A stretch of DNA of 64,000 nt from Octopus sinensis (Eukaryota), in NCBI RefSeq assembly GCF_006345805.1, contig NC_043018.1, forward strand, positions 3,038,001-3,102,000, in the 5' to 3' direction. Positions 53,742 to 64,000 of this stretch are shown piece by piece. Every line of letters begins with the position of its first letter. Position 1 is the stretch's first letter. The position numbers and the translations under genes were made by a program. A model generated the notes under the pieces. It had not been told where the DNA came from and searched no databases. It worked only from the letters and a program-made list of their open reading frames with translations.

Positions 53742-55297
53742 TTCTAGACGGTAGTCGTTCTACGGGGAAATGACCACATAGAGATCAGTTTTGGACCGTG
53801 TGAGGGGTGACATTGGATGCTACGTAGGCGATGGAAAAAACGTATGTGTTACTTGGTTGGTTTTATCCAAAAGTCATTCATCTGGTTAAAGTAACATATA
53901 ATGTAGAAAGAATACACACCATTAACTTTCTGTTTTCATATCTGCTGAGAATTAAATTATCGAATCTCCAGCGATCTTTGCAGGTGTAAGAAAGTTTTAA
54001 TATATTTTCCTATTAATACTACAGAGAGAAATAAGTAAATTTCAGAATCACCCAAGATATAGATGCCAAACAATAAATTGTTTCTTTTCTCTTATTTTTT
54101 TTTCTTTCTTCACTTTTCTTTTTTGGATAAAGAATCGTTGCAGACATGATAAATAGGCGAAGAAAGAACGTCTCGAGGAGGCTTGAAAGATATAAAAGGT
54201 AAAAGAGTTGATGGCAAGAACGAATTAGAAAGGATATTTTGAAACCAATGCCTAATGGCTTCGATATTATTCGACAGATGAAAGAAGAACGGATCAATAA
54301 GATTGCCGTTTAAAACACTTAAATTCGCCATCTTGAAATTTTTTTCTTCTTCTAAATTCGCCCCTTTCATCTTATTGCATTGCTGCCATATTGATGCTGT
54401 TATAGTTTACCAAAAGTTCGATTTCCAGTAAAGAATTCATTGTGTTTTATTTTAAATACTGACTTCTTCAATAAATGTGGTTAAAGTTTTGTTACTATTC
54501 ACTCTCAAGAGAAATAAAAAAATATAAAATGCCAAATTTTCACGTCTTCCACAACAATTAAAACAACAACTATAACAACAGCAACAACAGCAACAACACC
54601 AATAACAAATCATTTCACTTTATTCTCTGTCTCTAATTTTATTTTTAGCTTTTGTCATAGTCCACATTCAAAGGTGAAATTTTACAGCCTATTCAGTCAG
54701 CCTAGAAGAACTGTTTAAATATTAATTACACTTATACCATTAAAGGTAAAGCACGCACCGGGTTTTTGTAATCTGTGTTATTGTTGTTTTTGTTGTAGTA
54801 TTTATTGCTGTTGTTGTTGTGTATAATGTCACCTCCACCGCCACCGTCTATCGACCCGTACCGCAATAAAAGATTCAATATTAAATGTAATGTTACGTTC
54901 AAGAATACTATAATTATTGTTATTTATTTCATAGCTTTATTTTTATGTTATATGTTTTCACTCCAACTGACAGCTACACTGTCAAATCTCGGTTTTTGTC
55001 GAAATCATTGTTGATATTGTCCGACTCATGTTTTCTTATCGTTAATTCTTATTGTTTATTTTGGTGCAGAATTGATCAAGAATAGGAAGAATTGTGCAGT
55101 TAATCTTTTTCTCATTTAAAAATGCTGAAATGTGTTTGAATATAAAAAAAAAAGATATGAAAATTATAACAAATATTAAAAGGAAAAATGGTGGCTACAA
55201 TTTTAGCATTGATAAGGAAAATGCCAGACGCAGATGTTAAGTATATGTAGGTGGGTATATCGTGATAGCTTAACATTTTAATAGAAATTCAACATGA

Positions 55298-55760
55298 TAG
55301 TAAGCCATCACGAGAACAAGCCATTATATTTGGAAATACTACGCTAGCGAGCCATTGTGGCAGCACGCCATCTTTGTAGCAAGCCATCGTGGTAGCAAAC
55401 ATGGACTAGTACGCCATTGTGGCAATAACCATTGTCGTAGCAAGCCATCGTTGCAGCAAGCTATCGTCGTATTAAGCCATCGTGGCAGTAAACCATCGTA
55501 CCAGCCTACATCATGCTAGCAAGCTGTCGTGTAAAGAAGCAATCATGATAGCAAGCCATCGTGATAGAAACCACTGTGCTGGTGAGGCATTGTAGTAACA
55601 ATCTGCGGTGACAGCAAGCGATCGTGCTGGCTAACAACGTGTTATTAATGATCATGTTTGCAAGCTTTCGTACAAACAAGCCATTGCTGTTGCAAGCCAT
55701 TACTGCAGGAAGCCATGGTTATAACAAGCTGTCGTTGCAGCAAGCTATCCTGCTAGCTAG
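55298..55760. repeat. Degenerate 16-bp minisatellite, consensus approx. AGCAAGCCATCGTGGT, about 28 units
   Basis: CAAGCCAT-like cores recur at 16-bp spacing (e.g. 55301/55317, 55364/55380/55396, 55441/55457/55473/55489). Confidence 0.85.
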
Positions 55761-57189
55761 GAAAGAAGTGCTTTGTTATCAAAAACGGGAATCGTGATAC
55801 AACGGCATTCACTGACATTGACGCTTTATGATTGATAACAATGAGATTAAGAACAAAATTCTATGTTATTGTTACAATTCAAATTGCAGACACAGCCACC
55901 AACAGAAGCAACGGCAACTGTCTCTGCTGCATCAACACACCAAATATCAACAGTTGTAAGAGGATGTAGGACACGGTCTCTAAAAGTATTAGCGATGCCA
56001 ACAGTTGAATTACCAATATTCCACAATAGTTACGCAGCCACAACTAATATCGATACCATCACTTAACAAAAACTACAAAACAAGAACACTAAGAACAAGC
56101 ACCAGAGTGATTGCTCATTTTCTAATAATAAAAGTCATCACAGATCAGTTCTTTCTCCTAAGCATGGCGACGACACTGAAACAGGCATCATTGGGTACAT
56201 GTGAATGTCGGATAATAGTTTGTACCTGAAGAGGTGAGTATAAATATAAGCAATCACCAAACTCTCCCACAATCGAGTTCCGATAATCAATATAGAAAAC
56301 CAAACAGCAAAAACCAGAGAAATTCTTAACTCTTTCGTATTCAGACAACTAAATGTTATGTTTATTTGCATTGTTTTGAATTAATAACTCATTAACTCCT
56401 CGCTTCGAGATATTGTTAATATGATAATTTATTTTCAGAATGACATTGTACTATAGATATAAAAGGATGGGTGTGACCAGTTTTTACATAAAACTGGCAA
56501 AACATTCAGGCCGGATACGGCTGGTTTCAATCCCATCGTTCTAAAAGTTGTCTTCAATGCTGTTGAATATTCTACAAAATGAAAGCAATATAGGATGGTG
56601 GTAAATGGACCAGACACGTGATTGTACACCATTATCAGGCCACTCGTAAAGCACAAATCTGTACTAGATGCTGTTATCTCATCCTTACTTCCTCACTCCC
56701 ATAAACTTGCCTCTATTTCAAAACACTTGTTCATGCGTGAAACTTAATTTACACTCCTATCTCTCAAGTACAAACCTCTACCACTCCACTACCAACCCCA
56801 AGAGCATCACCAATACACTGCTACCTGTTCACTACTCTGAACCGTTACCTCACCACGACCACCACGTGGCACACTACTGCCTACTTTAATTCCGTACTTC
56901 ACTACAGCCTCACCATCACCAAGACACCACAACGTCTCTGCTACAGACCATTAGCTCAATAATACCTCTCTACTACAAAACACTACTTCGCCAAATCCAC
57001 AACAGTACTTCCTCATCACTTCGTCACTGCCTAACTACAATCTAGTTCTTTACTACAAATCATTACTTCATCTCGATTTCACATATGCCACACCCCTACG
57101 TCTGTTATACATCTCGACTCCCTGCAAACCAGCAGAAATAAGCGTAGAATCTCCGTCTGAAAACAGCCCAACTTATTAAACAATGAATT

Positions 57190-57365
57190 ATTAGCCGGCC
57201 AGGCAAAATTCTTAGCGGCAGCTCGTCTCTCTTTGCGTTTTAAGCTCAAATTCCGCGAAGGTCGACTTTGCAATCCATCTTGTCGGGATCGATAAAATAA
57301 GTTGAGTGTCAGTTGAGCTCTAGATTCGATGAAATTACCGGCCCTGTGTCCAAAATTTGAAAGTA
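57190..57365 (+). mobile_element. Family-A SINE, degenerate
   Basis: CTCAAATTCCGCGAAGGTCGACTTTGC..GATCGATAAAATAAG. Confidence 0.7.
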
Positions 57366-58881
57366 ATATCTATAATTTACGTGAGCATAAAAGGTGATGT
57401 CCAAACTTGGAACTCTAGTTGGAACGCTGACCTGAAATAAAACAATATCAACAACTCTGTCACCATCGTCATCATCATTATCATCATCATCATCATCATC
57501 CACAGAAGCAACAACTTCTTATCTCCATTGATAAGAAACACTTACTCATAATATAGCAGGCTGTGTAAAGAAGTCAGTGAAAGTTGATCTTCAGATGACA
57601 AAATCACATTGTGTGTATATGTGTAACGATAAATGTATGTATAATACATATATATATATATACTTCAGCAACAAGTGAGCGTGCTTTATCAACTCTATTA
57701 CTTTTCTTCTGCAACATCCACCACGGCCATTAGCCGTGACTCCAATATCAGTAAACGATATTTCTTATTAAAGGAATAGCTATTAGTATTTTATCGCCAG
57801 GATATCAACAATGGCTATTTATAACTTCAGACACCATTTTGAAAAATATTGTGACAGAGACACATCCTCTGATATCGTTTACACGAATCAAAGTAGGTAA
57901 AAGAAAATATATATTAAAAAATATTACACAACTAGATAACTAGAGCAGTGACTTACGCGTATCTTCTTTCTCTTATTTTTATTCTTTTTCTGTACATCTG
58001 CAAAAAAAAAAAAACCTTTAATTTGTCTCGTCTTTTTTCAATGATTTTTTTTGTCTTAAATTCTTTTATTTTATTCGCGTTTTTGTCTTCTGTTTCTGCA
58101 ATGGTGGATATACTTTTTCTCTTGATTATTATTATTTGTTTTTCAATTCATATATCTTAGTATTTTGCCTCATATTTTTGATATATATTTTCTTATGCGT
58201 CATTTTCTATTATTGTATTTTATTTTTTCTAAAAAAATTACATCTTTTCTTTTTCTTTTAAACTTATGTTCTCCCATATTTCAACGTCGCCATTTTTCTT
58301 CCCTTTATTCATTTATTTATTTACTTATTTATCACCTTACTCCATTTTTCTCATCAATAACTACAAAAATTTCTTCTTTCTTTTTTTTTTTTCTAATCTT
58401 CCACAAAGTATTTTTTCTTATTTATTTCTTAATGCCATACGATATTTCTTCCGGCTCTTTATGTTCTGAGTTCAACTTCTGCCAGTGACCCATGAGATTT
58501 ACCTCTATAAGGATGGTCGATATGCTAGAAATGGCAGTAAACATCTTTCACACTTTCTCCAAAATAATATATAATGAAATACTTGACAACATAGTCACAG
58601 AAACGACTTGGCTGAAAAATAAATGAATGAGTTTCTGAAATTAGGAGGCGGTTCGATTATGGATTGGCTCAATCAGATGACCTTGCGCTAAATAACAAGA
58701 GCGGGAAAAAGCAATAACGAAACAGCTGTAACAGAATTATCATCATCATCATCATCATCAGTTACAACTACTATTGCTAGAACTAAAGAAAGACCTCAGG
58801 CCGGCTAGAAATCGAGGGTAACTGAAACAGGAAACAATAACAACAACAACCACCACTACTACTACAACTACTACTACTTCT

Positions 58882-58937
<56 letters not shown>

Positions 58938-58953
58938 AACTACCACCACCACT

Positions 58954-58987
<34 letters not shown>

Positions 58988-59490
58988 TTGCAGCCAATAA
59001 TACTACCACGAATACTACCACCATCCCTGTATTACTATTCACGACCTGAATCTAGCTGAAAGGGTCAATGTCATTGAAAAAAAAGTAGTCAGAAGTATAG
59101 AACTGAACCCCTTCACACATACATGTCAACTGCAAAAGAAACAACAACAAAAATTAATAACAACCACGACAACAACAAGAGGTGCTTACACTCTACGAAA
59201 TTCCATTGTGGCCCATTTTAAACATTGGCAACTTTTTTTCTTTTCGACATTTTTAACATTTTGATTTTGATTTTGATTTTGATTTTTCTAGTTTCAGCTA
59301 ATGAGCTGTGGCCATGCTGGGGCACCGCCATTCGTTTTCTTTTTTTTTTCTACAGTTCTTTCTCCACTCTTTCATTCCTTTTCATACGTTCCATATTTCC
59401 TTCTTTGTGTACTTAGTTGCTTGTAATCTTCACCTTTTTCCCAAGATATTCATCGTCTTTGCCACCGTCATCCATGTACTATCCTCATCA

Positions 59491-60128
59491 GGCGTAGGAG
59501 TGGCTGTGTGGTAAATAGCTTGCTTACCAACCACATGGTTCCGGGTTCAGTCCCACGTGGCACCTTGGGCAAGTGTTTTCTACTATATATTTCTTTATTG
59601 CCCACAAGGGGCTAAACATAGAGAGGACAAACTAGGACAGACAAATGGATTAAGTCGATTACAACGACCCCAGTGCGAAAATGGTACTTTTATTTATCGA
59701 CCTCGAAAGGGATGAAAGTCAAAGTCGACCTCGGCGGAATTTGAACTCAGAACGTAACGACAGACGAAATACCTCTAAGCATTCCGCCCGGCGCGCTAAC
59801 GTGTCTGCCAGCTCGCCGCCTTATAGCCTCAGGCCGACCAAATCATTGTGAGTGGATTTGGTAGACGGAAACTGAAAGAATCCCGTGGTATATATGTATT
59901 TATATATATATGTGTGTGTGTGTATATGTTTGTGTCTATGTTTGTCCCTGTAGCATTGCTTGACAACCGATGCTGGTGTGTTTGCGTCCCCGTAACTAAG
60001 CGGTTTGGCAAAGGAGACTGATAGAATAAGTACTAGGCTTACAAAGAATAAGTCCTGGGGTCGATTTGATCGACTAAAGACGGTGCTCCAGCATGGCCAC
60101 AGTCAATTGACTGAAACAAGTAAAAGAG
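59491..60128 (+). mobile_element. Family-C SINE interrupted by a family-A monomer
   Basis: Complete head and tail; the host sequence CTACTATAGCCTC is split at TATA by the 59588-59821 insert. Confidence 0.9.
59588..59821 (-). mobile_element. Family-A SINE monomer with tail type 2, nested in a family-C SINE
   Basis: Matches 2831-3072; short TATA duplication at the flanks. Confidence 0.9.
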
Positions 60129-60324
60129 TATCAGCCCCATGAATCATCCGTACAACTTTCATCATCACCATTTTCCTTTAATTTTCATTTCCCTCCTCCT
60201 TTTACTCTTTCCTGCATCGTCATCATCGTCACCACCACCAACGTTATTCCGCGCCTCTTACTACTGCTACCATCAGCACCACCACCGCCGTCACCAACAC
60301 CACGACCATCACCGCAACAACCAT

Positions 60325-60373
<49 letters not shown>

Positions 60374-60598
60374 GCCACTTCAACTACTACCACTACAACT
60401 CCTACTACTGTTTCTGCAGCTACTGCTACGATTGCTGCTGCTGATGTCTTTTCTTCTTTCTTCATCATTATCATCTTCACCATCATCATCATCATCTCAT
60501 GCTCATCGTTCTATTTTCGCTCCTCTTCATCATCATCATCATCTTCATCATCATCATCATCTTCATCATCATCATCATCATCTTCATCATCATCATCA

Positions 60599-60645
<47 letters not shown>

Positions 60646-60664
60646 TATTATTATTATTATTAGT

Positions 60665-60699
<35 letters not shown>

Positions 60700-61035
60700 T
60701 CTTCGTTATTATTATTGTACAACACTTGGTAGTTTCAGGCGGGTTTCTACTGCATCACCTGCTGCACCTCTCTGTTGCTGCATTCTGTGCAGTATGGTAT
60801 TCTCTTCCTTGTGGGTCGGGGAGTGCAAATGCTTCCCGGTATTGTAATACATCTGTTTCTTCTTGTTAATGAAATGCTGTGAAGTGTTTTCTTGTATTTT
60901 GTGTGTTGTATATTGTGTGATGTGTGTGTAATGCGTTGGTTAAACGGACGGCTGGTGGATGTTTTATTTTACTGGACATTTACTGTATTCTGTTTGTTAT
61001 TTGTTTTATTAGGGTTGTTGTCATTATAATTATTT

Positions 61036-61195
61036 AGACGGTTAGCTGGTAGAATCGTTGACACGCTTAGCGGTAATTCGCCCATCAATACTTTCTTAGT
61101 ATTCTGCCTTCGTCGATAAATTAAGTACCAGTGAAACAGTGGCTTCCATGTAATCGACTAATCGTCTCCCGACAAATTTCGGCCTTTGTGCCTTT
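61036..61195 (+). mobile_element. Family-A SINE, degenerate with deletion
   Basis: AGCTGGTAGAATCGTT..GTCGATAAATTAAGTACCAG..AAATTTCGGCCTTTGTGCCT. Confidence 0.7.
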
Positions 61196-61499
61196 GTTGT
61201 TGTCGTTGTTTTTGTTGTTGTTGCTGCTGTTGTTGTTGCTGAAGCTGCTGCTGTTCTTGTTGATATAGTTGTTATTCTACTCCATGTCCTTCTCCATGAT
61301 CTTTATCGGTATATCTATTTCCCCGAAATTGCCTCACTGCTAAATTCCTTGCATCTAGTTAACTTATACTCCTAACGGCCATGTTAAAATATATTTTGAA
61401 ACATGTATTTACATCCAGCATTAGCGGATAGGGATTAAAAGTAATTTTAATCCTTAAAACAAGCCATTGCCTTATTTTCCTTTATATCAACACCATAGT

Positions 61500-61620
61500 C
61501 TAAATAACGACAATATCGACAGTAACAACAACACCAAAAACAACAACAACAATGACGACGATGACGACAACGGCAACAGCAACAATCACATGAGAAACAA
61601 TATCAATATCAATAGAAACG

Positions 61621-61678
<58 letters not shown>

Positions 61679-61946
61679 CAATAATAATAATGATAATAAT
61701 AATAATAATAATGATAACAATAACAATGATAATAATGATAATCATGATAATAATAATAATAATAATAATAACAATAACAGTGATAATAATAACAATCATA
61801 ATAATAATAATAGCAATAACAATGATGATGATAATAATAATAATAATAATAACAACGACAATAATAATAATGATAATAATAATAATAATAAAATAATAAT
61901 AATAATAATAACAATGATAATAATAATAATAATAACAATGATAATA

Positions 61947-61989
<43 letters not shown>

Positions 61990-62074
61990 TGATAATAATA
62001 ATAATAATAATCATGATAATAATAATAATATAATAATAATGATTATGATTATGATAATGATAATAATAATAGTG

Positions 62075-62105
<31 letters not shown>

Positions 62106-62239
62106 CAACAATAATAACAATGATAATAATAATAATAATGATAATAATGATAACAATAATAATGATAATAATAATGATAATAGCAATGATAATAATAATA
62201 ATAATAATAATCATGATAATGATAATAATAATAATCACG

Positions 62240-62303
<64 letters not shown>

Positions 62304-62330
62304 TAATAATAATAATAATAATAATAAGGT
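61500..62330. repeat. Very long compound (AAT/AAC/GAT)n array
   Basis: Direct reading, about 830 bp. Confidence 0.97.
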
Positions 62331-62731
62331 CGAGGATGATGATGAGGATTATAACAATGAGTCTAATTTGTTGTTTCGAATGAATTCCTTTTCTATTGAG
62401 CACATTTATCTAAACGAAATTTATATGTTTATATTTAATCTGAACAAAGGGAAATTAAGGTTTCACTCTCTACTACCTCTCTATAAATTTGTAGATCAGT
62501 CTAACCTATATATACATACATCCATTCAAACATATATATATGTCTATAACATACTTGAAATTGAAAACGCCAGTTTGCACAAAGGTAATGAATACCTATA
62601 AATGAATACCTACAAGAATTCCCGCGTATATGTTTGTTCAAGTGGTAAAACTCATATAACGAGGCAAATATATAAACCAAACGTACCTGTGAGTGCTAAT
62701 ATGCGCGCGTATTCGGCCGTAGCTGCAAAAA

Positions 62732-62790
<59 letters not shown>

Positions 62791-63146
62791 TGTTGTTGTG
62801 CGTGCGTGTTTTTGTGGTGTAAACATGCATGTATGTATGTATATATATATATATATATTTATATATATACGTATGTATGTATGACAAATTTCCAATTGTA
62901 TCACTCTGAGTGAAGAACTCGCAAACATAGAGAGTAGATATACAAACGATCACTTGAACACACGGGCAATATATATGTGTATATATAATGCAATATGCAT
63001 ATCTATATATGTATATATGTGCGTGTGTGTGTGTTCTTGTGTGTGTTTAAATATATATATAAATATATATAATATATTTGTAAGATACGTATTCGTATCT
63101 ATACAAATATGAGCATGGTGCTTAAGTATACACATATATATATATT

Positions 63147-63182
<36 letters not shown>

Positions 63183-63400
63183 ATATATAAGTATATGTAT
63201 GTATGTATGCATGTGTGCATGTATGTATGTAGGTATGTATGATTATATACATAGGAATGCATGCATCTGTATGGGTGGGCGTTATAAATATATGCCTATT
63301 AAATGCAAGGACATGCCTGTGACTACATGCGTGCGATGGAGTGAGTTAATATGTAGAATATATGTAAAGAAAATTCAGAAAAGAATATTTAGGCAAAAAC

Positions 63401-63442
<42 letters not shown>

Positions 63443-63617
63443 ATATTAATATATATATATATATATTATATATATATATACATATATATATATACAGTGC
63501 TATAATATATCAATATATAACACGTTAATACGTTTCTAAATGCTATGAAATGCAGCTACGATTCACCACACGCACCCAAATATATATATATTTATACATA
63601 CACACATATATGCATAC

Positions 63618-63648
<31 letters not shown>

Positions 63649-64000
63649 ACACATGTATGTATATATATACATATGTATATATATATATATATATGTATAC
63701 GAATATATATATACACACACATACGCATAAGCTGTTGCAGGAAATTGCTTTATTGCTGTTGAAGCAAACAATATATATTACGAAGATTCGTTGCTATGAC
63801 ACTGCAATATGAGAATATAAAACAGAACTCCACAGTTAACATTCGCTAGATATGATAGTGACAAACAGAGCTTTGTCGTCTCCATGAATGTACCATTAAA
63901 TATATATAACACATACACGCACAGACATTCATATACACTCATAGACACCCACACAAACGCACACACGCACACACACACACACACAAACACACTTGTGTTT

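Noticed and set aside
55298-55760. CRISPR-like periodic array
   Set aside because: Contiguous 16-bp units without unique spacers, no cas genes, eukaryotic context.
61467-62403. Poly-N/poly-I ORFs resembling prion-like proteins
   Set aside because: Pure AAT-family array with frame slips; no coding evidence.

Overview
AT-rich, microsatellite-dense eukaryotic DNA with a 100-N gap. The repeat families resemble those of octopus (coleoid cephalopod) genomes; this is an inference from recalled SINE sequences. No intact protein-coding gene is visible, and almost all listed ORFs are translations of simple repeats. Identifiable content: (1) a full-length but dead Hsmar1-like mariner (TIRs, TA TSD); (2) a full-length but dead Charlie/Buster-type hAT element (16-bp TIRs, perfect TTCTAGAC TSD); (3) three hAT MITEs; (4) RTE-clade LINE relics; (5) three stacked R4/Dong-clade restriction-endonuclease LINE 3' ends plus a non-coding companion repeat, all tied to (TAA)n arrays; (6) an ORF1-like relic; (7) many copies of three tRNA-derived SINE families with swapped modules. 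The most interesting signal is a ~200-bp dispersed repeat (3 copies) carrying a minimal hammerhead-ribozyme-like fold with a non-canonical CUGUNGA core and a compensatory base-pair change between copies. Other leads are a possible divergent HRM (class B/adhesion GPCR) exon, a SINE/partner shared 3' hairpin tail and an old 16-bp minisatellite.
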